64,000 nt of DNA from positions 1,556,527-1,620,526 of the forward strand of contig NZ_CP021642.1 of assembly GCF_003048375.1 (NCBI RefSeq), given 5' to 3'. This document shows positions 39,691 to 52,950 of the stretch, piece by piece. The position numbers were made by a program, and so were the translations under genes. Source of the DNA: Campylobacter concisus (GTDB lineage: Bacteria; Campylobacterota; Campylobacteria; Campylobacterales; Campylobacteraceae). Below the pieces are notes generated by a model. The model saw only the letters and a program-made list of their open reading frames with translations. It did not search any database and was not told the origin of the DNA. The number at the start of each line of letters is the position of its first letter. Positions within the stretch are counted from its first letter, which is position 1.

Positions 39691-40782
39691 TTAGTGAAAA
39701 TTTTCTATAAGGTCTTTAAAAACTTCATAAAGTTTATTTATTTCATCAGCGCTAACTCGTTCGTTTTTGGCGTGTATGCGGTCATTTATGACGCCAAATT
39801 CTATCGCATCTACGCCAAATTCAGCAAAATGCCTTGCATCGCTCGTGCCGCCTTTTGTGTTTAAAAGTGGCGTAACGCCGGTGATCTTTGTGACAGATGC
39901 CATTAAATTTCTTACGATCTTGCTATCTTTGTTGGTTAAAAATCTCTTTGAGCTTTGCTTTATACTAAGCTCGTAACTAAGCCCATCTAAAACGCTTCTA
40001 AGATAGCTCTCAACGTCATTTGCGTCAGTTAAATTTGAGTTTCTAACGTTAAACATTATGCTAAGCTCGCTTGGCGTGACGTTGCAAACCTGCATGCCAC
40101 CACGAATGTCCGTCACCACGATCTTGCTTGGGCTAAAAAACTCGCTCCCCCCGTCCATATCGTGATCAGCTATCTTACTTAAAAGTGGAGCTATCAAATT
40201 TACTGGATTTACGCATTTTTCTGGGTATGCCACGTGACCTTGAACGCCCTTTATCACGATCTTACCATTTATCGAGCCACGTCTGCCGACCTTTATGCTA
40301 TCGCCAAATTTCTTATCACAAGTTGGCTCAGCCACGACGCAAAATTTGGGCAGATCCCCTATCTCACGCAGATATTCAAGTGCCAAAGGCGTGCCATAAG
40401 TGCCGTCGCCCTCTTCGTCACTTGTTAAAATAAGACTTAACTTGCCATCAAATTTGGCCTCTTTGCACGCACAAACAAAGGCAGCCACGCCACTTTTCAT
40501 ATCCTGCGCGCCCCTTGCGTAGATGTAGCCATCTTTTTCTAGTGGTGTAAATGGCTCGCTCTCCCAGCCATCACCTGGCGGCACGACATCAACGTGTCCT
40601 GCAAAGGCTAGATGCTCCCCGTCTCCATAAATTTTAGAAAGTATGAGATTTTTTGTGCCGTTTTTTTCTATAAATTTAGCCTCAAAATCAGGCAAAAATT
40701 TAGCGATGAACTCCAAACTACCAGCATCATCTGGCGTGATAGAGCGAAATTTTAAAAGCTCTTTTAAAAAGCTAACTACCAC
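39691..40782 (-). CDS. dapE: succinyl-diaminopimelate desuccinylase / M20 peptidase
   Basis: [13 protein letters not shown] and the metal-binding residues of the M20 family. Confidence 0.8.
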   Translation of the reverse strand: MVVSFLKELLKFRSITPDDAGSLEFIAKFLPDFEAKFIEKNGTKNLILSKIYGDGEHLAFAGHVDVVPPGDGWESEPFTPLEKDGYIYARGAQDMKSGVAAFVCACKEAKFDGKLSLILTSDEEGDGTYGTPLALEYLREIGDLPKFCVVAEPTCDKKFGDSIKVGRRGSINGKIVIKGVQGHVAYPEKCVNPVNLIAPLLSKIADHDMDGGSEFFSPSKIVVTDIRGGMQVCNVTPSELSIMFNVRNSNLTDANDVESYLRSVLDGLSYELSIKQSSKRFLTNKDSKIVRNLMASVTKITGVTPLLNTKGGTSDARHFAEFGVDAIEFGVINDRIHAKNERVSADEINKLYEVFKDLIENFH

Positions 40783-42692
40783 TAAAACGCCTTTTTAGAA
40801 GGAAGTCCCAAGTAAAATCCCTGGAATTCGTCGATGCCTATCTCCTTACAGACGTTAAAGATTTCTTTAGAATGAACATACTCTGCGATCGTTTTTATGC
40901 CAAGATCCTTTGCAAATGCCACGATCGCGCTTGCGATGGCGTATGAGTCTTTATTGATATCAATGTCTTTGATGATAGAGCCATCGATCTTCACGTAGTC
41001 TGGCTTGATTTTTATGATGTAAGAGAAATTTGAGTAGCCAGAGCCAAAGTCGTCGATCGCTATCATAGCACCCATGCTCTTTGCTCGCTCGATAAAGACT
41101 GAGACGCGCTCAGCACTCTTTAGCTCCTCGTCTTCAACTATCTCAAAAACTATCCTGCCAGCGACATTGTGCTTGTTTAGTAAATTTAAAACCAGCGCAG
41201 AGACGTCGCCATCTATCATATCTCGGCTGCTTAAATTTATAGAAAGAACCAAATTTGGATCTTCAGTGAGGTGCTCAAAGCACTTTTTAATCAGCTGTTT
41301 TTCAAGGTCTGCGTAACGCTTGATACGCTTTGAGATATCCAAAAATACGCTTGGTGAGATGACGTCGTCGCGGTCTAAAATTCTTATTAAACATTCATAT
41401 TTTATAGGGATCTTTTTCTCGTCAAATATCGGCTGAAAATACGGCACGATGTTGTCATTTATCGTAGCGTTTTGGATAAGCTTTGAGCGCTCGATCTGAT
41501 TTGCGTATTCATCTTTTTGACTTAGCCCTTTAAAGTAGCAAACATAGTCTTTATCGAGTGATTTGGCTGATTTTAACGCGATGGTTGCCTTTCTTAAAGT
41601 CTGATCGCTATCAAGAGCAAAGCCTATGGTGTTGTGAATTTCTATATCATCGACCTCTACGCCATTTTCATCTTTTATGCTAAGCATCCTGCCTTTAAAG
41701 ATATCTAGTAAATTTTCAGCTAGCTCCTCGTATCTGTCGATAAAGTCGTTATTATCTTCGACCAAAGCAAATCTGTCTGCCTCGATACAATAAGCCTTCA
41801 TATTCTCATTTTTGGCAAATTCTTTGATGAGATTTGCCATCTGTTTTAGTATCTGGTCGCACACGTATTTGCCGTAGTAGTCGTTCATCTTGCCAAAATC
41901 ATCGATATCCATAAGTATCACTTTTGGATATTTATACTCGCTCACATCTTTTATGAGTGCTGCCTTGTTAAAAAGCCCAGTCATCGGATCGATATATAGC
42001 TTCTCTTGTAGCTGGGCGATCTTAGTAGTGCTCTCTTCTTTTACTTTTAGATAGTCAAATTTGATGTTTAGATACTTAAATACAAACCAAAGACAGACCG
42101 CAAGCCCTAAAAATAGACCAATCGAGCTTAAGATCAAAGTGACAGTCATGTTTTTCATCAGCCACTGAAAATAAAATGGGTCGCTAGTGCCAGTTATCCT
42201 TTGATCGATATGCGCTTTAAAGCCTAAAATATAGTCGTTAACGGCGACAAACATACATACTTTGGCGCTGTTTTCTGGCAAAATTTCAGCCTTGAAATAA
42301 TCCTTTTGAAAATCATGCGAGTAGATGTCGCCACAGCTCTTGTCTTCGTAGTCTTTATTTACGAGGCTTTTGTCTGAAGAGGCCTCTATCTTAAAGCCGT
42401 TTTTGCCATTTTCTTTTAGCAAAAAGACATCGCCAACAGCGTTGTCAGTTATATGATTTTGAAAATCTATAATATTAAATTTACTTATATTTTTAAGATA
42501 ATTTACATATTGATATGTTAGATACTCGGTCTTTTTTTTGAGATCAAAGTTGTTTGTAGAAAGTGCGTTATTGTATTTATACGAGTAGATAGTTAAATTT
42601 TCAGTTACAAAAAACGCAAGAAGCAAAACCACGACCAAAGTGACGGTTTTAACCATACTAAAGTGCTTTTTTTGCGATTCGTCACCTGGCAT
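40782..42692 (-). CDS. membrane sensor protein with degenerate GGDEF and EAL (c-di-GMP phosphodiesterase) domains
   Basis: N-terminal TM, periplasmic region, then TM. The GGDEF position reads EADRF. EAL domain shows [13 protein letters not shown] and EIVEDE. Confidence 0.75.
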   Translation of the reverse strand: MPGDESQKKHFSMVKTVTLVVVLLLAFFVTENLTIYSYKYNNALSTNNFDLKKKTEYLTYQYVNYLKNISKFNIIDFQNHITDNAVGDVFLLKENGKNGFKIEASSDKSLVNKDYEDKSCGDIYSHDFQKDYFKAEILPENSAKVCMFVAVNDYILGFKAHIDQRITGTSDPFYFQWLMKNMTVTLILSSIGLFLGLAVCLWFVFKYLNIKFDYLKVKEESTTKIAQLQEKLYIDPMTGLFNKAALIKDVSEYKYPKVILMDIDDFGKMNDYYGKYVCDQILKQMANLIKEFAKNENMKAYCIEADRFALVEDNNDFIDRYEELAENLLDIFKGRMLSIKDENGVEVDDIEIHNTIGFALDSDQTLRKATIALKSAKSLDKDYVCYFKGLSQKDEYANQIERSKLIQNATINDNIVPYFQPIFDEKKIPIKYECLIRILDRDDVISPSVFLDISKRIKRYADLEKQLIKKCFEHLTEDPNLVLSINLSSRDMIDGDVSALVLNLLNKHNVAGRIVFEIVEDEELKSAERVSVFIERAKSMGAMIAIDDFGSGYSNFSYIIKIKPDYVKIDGSIIKDIDINKDSYAIASAIVAFAKDLGIKTIAEYVHSKEIFNVCKEIGIDEFQGFYLGLPSKKAF

Positions 42693-42788
42693 AAAGTTTA
42701 AACTTCCTTTCTTAAATTTAAATTTTTCTACTGGATTATATCCAAGCTAAATAAAAAATTTCTTTCATTTTTTAATTAAAAATTTAGC

Positions 42789-44993
42789 TCAAAGCTTAAC
42801 GATCTTTGCACCGTATCCGCCTTGATTTGCCGGTGCATCGTGAAATTCTTTCACGCTTGGATGCTCTTTTAAGAAATTTTTAACAGCAAAGGCGAGCTTG
42901 CCAGTGCCGATACCGTGAAATACGCTAACCTCATCAAATCCCATAACAAGACTATCTGAGATAAATTTATCAAGCTTTGCTATCGCCTCGTCAGCTCTCA
43001 TACCGTGCAGATCAAGCGAGAGCGAGGCCGTTTTTGGCTTATCGACACTTAAACTTACACCGCCTTTTTTAGGTAAGACTAGCTCGTTGCCATTTTTTCT
43101 TAAAAGCTCGAGTGGCACACGTAAATTTATGCCATTTGACTCGATCATCGCGTCATTTTTAGAGATGCTTAAAACCGTGCCTTTTATATTTTCATACTTC
43201 ACTCTATCGCCTACTTTTAGGCTCTCACGCTCAGTTTTTTTAGGCTTAACGATGGCGGCTTTTTTCTCATTTGCCACATTTAGCGCCCTTTGCTTGTCTT
43301 TTATATCTTTGAAATTTATAACAGCTTTTGCCGCATTTATTGCTTCAAAATACTCTTTTTCTAGGCGCGCAATAGTCGCATTTAGCTTGATCTCATTTTT
43401 CTCTTTTAGCTCTTTTTGCTCCTCAAGCAAGCGCTCCAGCCGCTCCTCTTTTGCCGTGACCTCTTTTATGCCCTCATCAAGCTTGGTTTGTAAATTTAGT
43501 GTCTTTGTGATGATCTCATTTAAATTCTCTTTATCTTCGCCGTAAATTTTCTTTGCCTGCGCCACTAAATTTTGAGATATGCCATATCTTACCGCCGTTT
43601 CAAAGGCATAAGACTTGCCGATCGTGCCCTTTAAAAACTCAAATTTAGGCCTTTGAGCCGCCTCGTCGTAAAGTGCCGCCACTAGCTCAACCTCTGGATT
43701 CTTAGCTAGCAACATCGCAAGGCGCTTGTGGTGGGTCGTGATGATCATTTTGATATCTTGAGTGATGAGGCGCTCTATCATGACGCCATACAAGCTCGCA
43801 GCCTCCTCAAAGTCGGTGCCAAGCTCGATCTCGTCGATACCGATGATGATCGATTTTTTAGTAAAAAGCCTTGCAAAATGCACCATCCTGCCAGCAAAGG
43901 TCGAGATGTCGTTTTTCACGCTTTGCGGATCTTCTATGATCGCGTCAAATTCTTTAAAAGAGCCGATCGTTGAGCGGTTTGCGTCGATACGCATAGGCAG
44001 TAGATACTTTGCAAGCAGCGTGGCTGAGATGATCGATTTTAAAAGCATCGACTTACCGCCAGCATTTACGCCGGTTATTAAAAGCACCTTTTTGCTAAAA
44101 TCCACACTCACGCTCTTTGGGTTTTTTAGCGCTGGGTGGGCAAATTTCTCAAGCTTGATAACATGCGAGCTGTTTGGCAAAACAAACTCATAGTCACGTG
44201 ACCTAGCCAAATTTACACGCGCTTGATACGCATCAAACTGATCAAAAGCATTATTTATAAATTTCAAAAAGAGCAGGCTCTTGCTCATCTGCAAGCTAAA
44301 TTTCTTGCAGTGCTCAAAAATGATCTCCTCTTTTCTATCAAGTAGCTCGCTTTGCTCCTTTTTTAGGCGCTCGGTGCTTGCAGGTGCGACGTAAAAGTAG
44401 CCGCCTGAGCTTCTAGCGATCACGGTGCCTTTTAGGGCGTGATTAAAGCCGCCACGCACCAAAAGTGCCTCTTGCGAGTTGATGTAGTGCGTCTGGGTAT
44501 CTACAAGATAGGGCGTGATGTGCTTTGAGTAGATGAGCTTTTTAAGCTCAGTGTCGATCTGGCGCTTTTTCTCGCTAAAAGCCTGCTTTATCGCAGCAAA
44601 TCTCTCATCCACGCTGTCGATAAACTCGCCATTTTCATCAAAGCTGTTTGCCATCTGACTCATCAATTCTGGGATTTCAACCTTTGCGATCCACTCGCCA
44701 AGCCTGCCTTCAAATTTTTGCTTTTTTAGATATGAAAAATACTTAATGATCTTTGCAAACTCGTAAATTTCGCTGATGTGAAGCACTGCTTGCTTGCTAA
44801 GTCTCATAAGCGCGTCATCAAGCTCTTTTATCTCGTCAGGTGCCTTGAAATCATACTTTGAAAGCTCGCTAATGTTTTCAAAGTGGATTTTGCTGTCGCC
44901 TTGTAAAAATAGCGGTTTTTGCCTTGCTAAAAATGAGTTAAATTTCTCTAAATACTCGTTCAGATCGAGCTTTAAAAATATCTCTTCAGTCAT
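42789..44993 (-). CDS. mutS2: endonuclease MutS2 (C-terminal Smr domain)
   Basis: Walker A GVNAGGKS. Smr C-terminus LDLHGMRADEA. Confidence 0.9.
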   Translation of the reverse strand: MTEEIFLKLDLNEYLEKFNSFLARQKPLFLQGDSKIHFENISELSKYDFKAPDEIKELDDALMRLSKQAVLHISEIYEFAKIIKYFSYLKKQKFEGRLGEWIAKVEIPELMSQMANSFDENGEFIDSVDERFAAIKQAFSEKKRQIDTELKKLIYSKHITPYLVDTQTHYINSQEALLVRGGFNHALKGTVIARSSGGYFYVAPASTERLKKEQSELLDRKEEIIFEHCKKFSLQMSKSLLFLKFINNAFDQFDAYQARVNLARSRDYEFVLPNSSHVIKLEKFAHPALKNPKSVSVDFSKKVLLITGVNAGGKSMLLKSIISATLLAKYLLPMRIDANRSTIGSFKEFDAIIEDPQSVKNDISTFAGRMVHFARLFTKKSIIIGIDEIELGTDFEEAASLYGVMIERLITQDIKMIITTHHKRLAMLLAKNPEVELVAALYDEAAQRPKFEFLKGTIGKSYAFETAVRYGISQNLVAQAKKIYGEDKENLNEIITKTLNLQTKLDEGIKEVTAKEERLERLLEEQKELKEKNEIKLNATIARLEKEYFEAINAAKAVINFKDIKDKQRALNVANEKKAAIVKPKKTERESLKVGDRVKYENIKGTVLSISKNDAMIESNGINLRVPLELLRKNGNELVLPKKGGVSLSVDKPKTASLSLDLHGMRADEAIAKLDKFISDSLVMGFDEVSVFHGIGTGKLAFAVKNFLKEHPSVKEFHDAPANQGGYGAKIVKL

Positions 44994-45334
44994 TGCTCGC
45001 AGCTTTTTATAGGCACGATGACGCCTGAAAGTTCGCTAAATTCTCGTTTTGGCAAAAATGACGCAGTGCCAAATTCGTAGTTAAATTTCTCAGCGCTTAC
45101 GTTGTATTCGCCACATTTTAGCACTTTGCCCTGTTTAAAATCGCTAACTAGCTTTGAGATGGCATCCTCATTTTTTGATAAATTCTCTTCGTAAAAATAG
45201 ACGCAAACAAGGATCGCTACAAGCACCGCGCTAACAAGCGCTTTTATGCTTTTGCTGATCTTTTCATCTTTTATCGCCCAGATCGCTCCAAAAAGTAGCA
45301 TCACGCCGGCGATTATTATCAAATTTCTTACCAT
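44990..45334 (-). CDS. hypothetical membrane protein (114 aa)
   Basis: ORF with a TM helix. Confidence 0.45.
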   Translation of the reverse strand: MVRNLIIIAGVMLLFGAIWAIKDEKISKSIKALVSAVLVAILVCVYFYEENLSKNEDAISKLVSDFKQGKVLKCGEYNVSAEKFNYEFGTASFLPKREFSELSGVIVPIKSCEQ

Positions 45335-45645
45335 TTCACGCCTTTATACTTTGCAATGAGCTCTTTGTAAAGCTCAGCATGAGGCTTGATCTTTTCTAAA
45401 ATTTCAGCCCTAACCTCGCTGATATCTTGCTTTTCAACCAGCAAGCAAACGGCAAGATAGGGGGCATTTGGCAACATATCTTTTATCTGGGTGCTACTTA
45501 GCTTTTGCGACCTTGTAAGCGCGATCAAGATATCTTTTTTACCTAAATTTATAAGGCTTGAAATTTCTTCTTCGCTAAGCTCTTTTTCTTTTATCTCTTT
45601 TAAAATTTCATTTTCATCTTGAGGCTTGAAAGTGCTTAGATCCAT
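45328..45645 (-). CDS. hypothetical protein (105 aa)
   Basis: ORF coupled to the murC stop. Confidence 0.45.
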   Translation of the reverse strand: MDLSTFKPQDENEILKEIKEKELSEEEISSLINLGKKDILIALTRSQKLSSTQIKDMLPNAPYLAVCLLVEKQDISEVRAEILEKIKPHAELYKELIAKYKGVKW

Positions 45646-46973
45646 TAATATCCGCCTCTTAGTTGCACGCTGATATCGCCCGCTCCAAAGCCAACTACTA
45701 TGCCGTCACTTAGGCGGTTTTTCACGCCAAATTCATCTGTAAATTCTATCCCCTCTTCAACCCTCTCGACCTTGTCGGTAAAGATCGGATTATACTCGCT
45801 AAATTCGCTCTTCATATCAACTTCGATCGGATTTTCTCCAGCTGCATAAACTGGCAAAATGACAAGCTCATCAACGCCCTTAAAGCACTCTTTAAAGCCG
45901 GGTAAATTTGTGCTAAGTCTTGTGTAGCGGTGTGGCTGAAATATCGCTGTGACGCTCTTTATACCTAAAATTTTGGCGTATTCAAAGACTGATTTTAGTG
46001 TCGCTTTTATCTCGGTTGGATGGTGCGCATAGTCATCTATTAGGACGAAATTTTTGTTTGCGCTAAGTATGTCAAAACGCTTTTTGATGCCTTTAAAATT
46101 TAATAAATTTTCTCTGATATCTTTTAGTGGTGTCTCGTGCATCGCAGCTAAAATAGCCAAAGATGCGTCTATGGCGATGTGCTCGCCCATACCAAAGGCT
46201 TCAAATTTGCCTAAATTTTTAAGGTTAAAGCTAGTGTATGGCTGATAGTCTCTTACCACCATCGTAAGCTCAGTGATATCGGTGCTTGGATAAAGTCTGA
46301 TCGCATCAAGCTTAAGAGTGCTCAAAAACTCGTCTTCAGCGTTTATCACTCTAACTTTTGCACGCTCCAAAAAGCCCTTGTAGGCTGCGTAAAATTTAGC
46401 TAGATCGTAGTCGTAGTGCTCCATATGCTCTGGCTCTGCGTTTGTGACGATAGCTAGATATGGGTTTGAGTTTAGAAAGCTTGAGTCGCTCTCATCAGCC
46501 TCAAATACGACGTTGTCGCTTTTGGCGTAGCGCATATTTGAGCCAAACTGCTTTGAGATGGCGCCGATGATGACTGAGCCCTCGATGAGGCTTGCTAGCA
46601 TCGCTGAAGTCGTGCTCTTGCCGTGCGCGCCAGCTACTGCAAAAACGCACTTATCTTCAAGTACATAAGGCAAAATTTCTTTTCTTGAAAAGCACTTTAT
46701 GCCCTTTCTTCTAGCCTCCACTAGCTCGATGTTGTCCTCTTTTATCGCAGCTGAATAGACCACAAAATCTTGGTCTTTTATCGCCTCTTTGCAGTGCGGT
46801 GTGATGACCTCAATGCCTTCATTTTGAAGTTCAAGCGTCGTCTTGCTCTCTTTGATGTCGCTACCGCTTATCTTGTGGCCTTTTTCGTGTAAAAATCTAG
46901 CGATGGCTGAGATGCCGATGCCACCGATGCCTATGAAATGGACTTTTCTGATCTCGTTGTTTAGCTCTTGCAA
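45645..46973 (-). CDS. murC: UDP-N-acetylmuramate--L-alanine ligase
   Basis: GAHGKSTTSAML Mur ligase motif. Confidence 0.9.
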   Translation of the reverse strand: MQELNNEIRKVHFIGIGGIGISAIARFLHEKGHKISGSDIKESKTTLELQNEGIEVITPHCKEAIKDQDFVVYSAAIKEDNIELVEARRKGIKCFSRKEILPYVLEDKCVFAVAGAHGKSTTSAMLASLIEGSVIIGAISKQFGSNMRYAKSDNVVFEADESDSSFLNSNPYLAIVTNAEPEHMEHYDYDLAKFYAAYKGFLERAKVRVINAEDEFLSTLKLDAIRLYPSTDITELTMVVRDYQPYTSFNLKNLGKFEAFGMGEHIAIDASLAILAAMHETPLKDIRENLLNFKGIKKRFDILSANKNFVLIDDYAHHPTEIKATLKSVFEYAKILGIKSVTAIFQPHRYTRLSTNLPGFKECFKGVDELVILPVYAAGENPIEVDMKSEFSEYNPIFTDKVERVEEGIEFTDEFGVKNRLSDGIVVGFGAGDISVQLRGGY

Positions 46974-47037
46974 ATTTTATCCTTAAGTTTTTCGTGATTT
47001 TAACAAAAACTACTAAATTTAAGGCTGAAAATGGCTT

Positions 47038-47391
47038 TTATTTGCTTAAGACAAAGCTTTCATATATCAGGTCAAAAACTGTTTTTTGTGAGATTTTGGA
47101 GTTTAAATTTACGCTTATCCAGTGCTTTTTATTCATGTGATATGCTTTAAAAATTTGCCTCTCATCAACTAGCACCATGGCTAGATCAGGGCTACATTTT
47201 AGATTTAAAACCTCTATCATCTCGTCACTTTCAAGACCAAGCTTACTAGCGCTTAGCTGCATAAGTAGCGCAAACCACTTCTTATTTTTCTTGTGACGAA
47301 ATACACTAAATTTTGGATATTTTGGGAAAATTTGCTCACCTAAAATGTCAAATTTCTCTTTTATATATTTTTCAATCTCACTTCGTTTCAA
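47038..47391 (-). CDS. MmcQ/YjbR family DNA-binding protein
   Basis: 117 aa. YjbR-like sequence. Confidence 0.6.
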   Translation of the reverse strand: MKRSEIEKYIKEKFDILGEQIFPKYPKFSVFRHKKNKKWFALLMQLSASKLGLESDEMIEVLNLKCSPDLAMVLVDERQIFKAYHMNKKHWISVNLNSKISQKTVFDLIYESFVLSK

Positions 47392-47394
47392 ATT

Positions 47395-47955
47395 TCACTC
47401 CGAAATTCCTTTGCAAAAACACTCATTTTCGTGATCATCGATGACGCCAACACCTTGCAAAAATGAGTAGATGATCACAGCGCCTACAAATTTAAAGCCA
47501 CGCTTTTTCATATCTTTTGAGATGCGCTCTGAGAGCTCACTACTTGCTGGCATGTCCTTAGAGCTTTTTATGTCGTTTATCACGCGCTTACCATTTGTAA
47601 ATTTATAGATGTAGTTATAAAACGAGCCAAACTCGGCGCAAAGCTCTAAAAAAGCCTTGGCATTTTTTGACAGGGAGTAAATTTTAAGGCGGTTTTTGAT
47701 CGCTCTATCATCGCTTAAAAGGCTTTGAAGCTTATTTTCATCATAAAGTGCGATCTTTTTTGCGTCAAAGCCATCTAAAATTTGAGCAAGCCCAGCTCTT
47801 TTTCGTAGCACATAGTCCCAGCTAAGGCCTGCTTGAAAGCCCTCTAAAATGAGCATCTCAAAGAATTTCTTATCATCTTTGACCGTCCTGCCCCACTCAT
47901 AGTCGTGATAGCTCTTGCTAAACTCGCTCTTATCCGCCCAGGCGCAGCGTTTCAT
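47395..47955 (-). CDS. tag: DNA-3-methyladenine glycosylase I
   Basis: CAWADKSEFSKSYHDYEWG is a typical Tag N-terminus. Confidence 0.8.
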   Translation of the reverse strand: MKRCAWADKSEFSKSYHDYEWGRTVKDDKKFFEMLILEGFQAGLSWDYVLRKRAGLAQILDGFDAKKIALYDENKLQSLLSDDRAIKNRLKIYSLSKNAKAFLELCAEFGSFYNYIYKFTNGKRVINDIKSSKDMPASSELSERISKDMKKRGFKFVGAVIIYSFLQGVGVIDDHENECFCKGISE

Positions 47956-48749
47956 CTTTTAAATTTAGCCTCTATCTGCATAAAGCCCCAGGTGCTTCTA
48001 GCCTCGCTAAGCTCCTTTTTGCTAAGCTCATCGATCATCATCTCTTCATTTTTGCCAAGCCTGTTCTTGACCTCGCCAAATGGGCTAATAAGCATCGAGT
48101 CGCCGTAAAAACTCCACTGCTCATCCTCACTTTTGTGGCTTCCCACGCGATTTACGCGAAGCACGTAGAGGTTGTTTGTAAAGGCTCTAACCTTTAAAAG
48201 CTCCTCCCAGCGTGCCTGCGAGAAAAAAGTGCAAGCCGTTGGCACAAGCACGATATCGACCTTTTTAGCACTCATATATGCCCAACACACATCAAAGTGC
48301 GCCTCGAAGCCAAACATAACTCCAACCTTAAATTTATCGTATGTAAAGATAGGTAAATTTAGCTCCTCGCTTGCGTTGCTAAAAAACTTCGCCTCGTTCC
48401 AGTGCGCGTAAGGCATGAGGATCTGCTGATCGTATAGCTTTACTTGCGTTTGGCTAAATTTAGCTAGGCTCTTAAATATCTCCTTGCCTTTTAAATTTAT
48501 GATAGGTGCGATGATGTTTAGATCATACTTTTTTGCCATCGCAAATAGCGCCTCTTTTTTGCGCTCGCTCTGCTCTTTTATGAGGCTTTTTGGCATGCTA
48601 GCAAGCTCTTTAAAAAAGCTATTTAGCACGTATTCGCCAAGGACAACCAGCCTTGCGTTTTCATCCGCGCAAATTTTAAGGTAATAATCAAGCCTCGCCT
48701 CGCTTAAGGGCTGCGTTGGTAGCTGAAGGGCGCAAATTTTACTCATCAT
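47952..48749 (-). CDS. carbon-nitrogen hydrolase family protein
   Basis: 265 aa with nitrilase-superfamily features. Confidence 0.7.
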   Translation of the reverse strand: MMSKICALQLPTQPLSEARLDYYLKICADENARLVVLGEYVLNSFFKELASMPKSLIKEQSERKKEALFAMAKKYDLNIIAPIINLKGKEIFKSLAKFSQTQVKLYDQQILMPYAHWNEAKFFSNASEELNLPIFTYDKFKVGVMFGFEAHFDVCWAYMSAKKVDIVLVPTACTFFSQARWEELLKVRAFTNNLYVLRVNRVGSHKSEDEQWSFYGDSMLISPFGEVKNRLGKNEEMMIDELSKKELSEARSTWGFMQIEAKFKR

Positions 48750-48930
48750 CCACCTGCTTTATGCTAAGTTTTGCGTTTTCTAAAATTTCTCTTGCCTCAT
48801 TTAAGAGCTTTTTGCCCTGCTCGTGCAGCTTTATGCTATTTTCTAAGCTCACATCATCTTTGTTTAGATCGTTTAAAATTTTATCAGCAAGGGCTAATTT
48901 CTCTTCAAAACTTTGCTCTTTTTGCTCCAT
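48739..48930 (-). CDS. xseB: exodeoxyribonuclease VII small subunit
   Basis: 63 aa. Helical XseB-like FEEKLALADKILNDL. Confidence 0.75.
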   Translation of the reverse strand: MEQKEQSFEEKLALADKILNDLNKDDVSLENSIKLHEQGKKLLNEAREILENAKLSIKQVDDE

Positions 48931-48933
48931 TTT

Positions 48934-50039
48934 CTATCCTTTTAATATATTTTTTATATATCCATCAAATTTTTCTATCTCAACCAAAAAGGCGTCGTGG
49001 CCGTAGTTGCTATCTATCTCTATAAAATTTGTCTTTGCCTCCCGCCCCATCTCGCAAAGTGCGTCATAAATTTCTCTCATGCAACTTGGCGGAAAGAGTA
49101 GATCGCCTTTAAATGCGATAAGGTGCAAATTTGCTTTGATCGGCGCAAGAGCGTCTTTTAGGCTATCGTAGTGCCTTGTACAGTCAAAGATATTCATCAT
49201 CTTTACGATGTATAGATAGCTTAGCGGGTCAAACCTCTTTGGGAAGTTGTAGCCGTTATACTCCATGTAGCGATCGACCTGAAAATGCCCAAAAAGATCG
49301 TAAAGGCCGTCGGTTTCGACGTAATTTCGTCCAAATTTTTTATCCATGCTATCAGGGCTTAAAAAGCTGATGTGCCCTGCCATTCTGCCGTAGGCCATGC
49401 CTTTTAGTCCATTTTTTCTTATAAATTCTGCGTCATATTCGCCGTTTTTAAAATTTTCATCGTTTAAAATGGCTTCGATGGCGATTTTATTAAACGCTAT
49501 CGCCCAGGGCTTCGTCTGATAGGTGCTTGCAAGCATTATGATATCTTGCGCAAATTCTGGAAACTCGATAGCGTAGCAAAGTGCCTGCATGCCGCCAAGA
49601 CTACCGCCTATCACGGCTCTTGCCCTTGTGATGCCAAGCTCGCCAAATAGCCTCATCTGCGCCTTTACCACGTCGCTTATGGCAAGGACTGGGAAATTTA
49701 GCCTATACTCTTTGCCGCTACTTCGATCAACGCTTAGCGGCGAAGTCGAGCCAAAGCATGAGCCTAAGATATTTACGCAAATAACATAAAATTTATCCGT
49801 ATCAACCGCCTTTTTACTGCCTATTAGCCCGTCCCACCAGCCAGCTTTCTCATCGCCTGCGTAGGTGCCAGCAGCGTGGTGCGAGCCAGTTAGGGCGTGA
49901 CAGATCACGATAACGTTGCTTTTATCAGCATTTAGCGTGCCGTAAGTCTCATAAATAAGCTTGAAATTTGATAGCATACGGCCACTCTCAAGATAGAGTG
50001 GCTCGTTAAATTTAATAGTTCTAGTTTGCAGGTCTAACA

Positions 50040-50040
<1 letters not shown>
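48934..50040 (-). CDS. metX: homoserine O-acetyltransferase
   Basis: 368 aa alpha/beta hydrolase with GGSLGGMQAL nucleophile elbow. Confidence 0.85.
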
Positions 50041-52851
<2,811 letters not shown>

Positions 52852-52950
52852 TATTTTTATCCTTTAAATTTATTAACCAAAAATATGCCAAACAAGCTAA
52901 CAACGACCACTGCAGCGATCGTTGCTATTATGATAGTTGCGCTTACTGGC

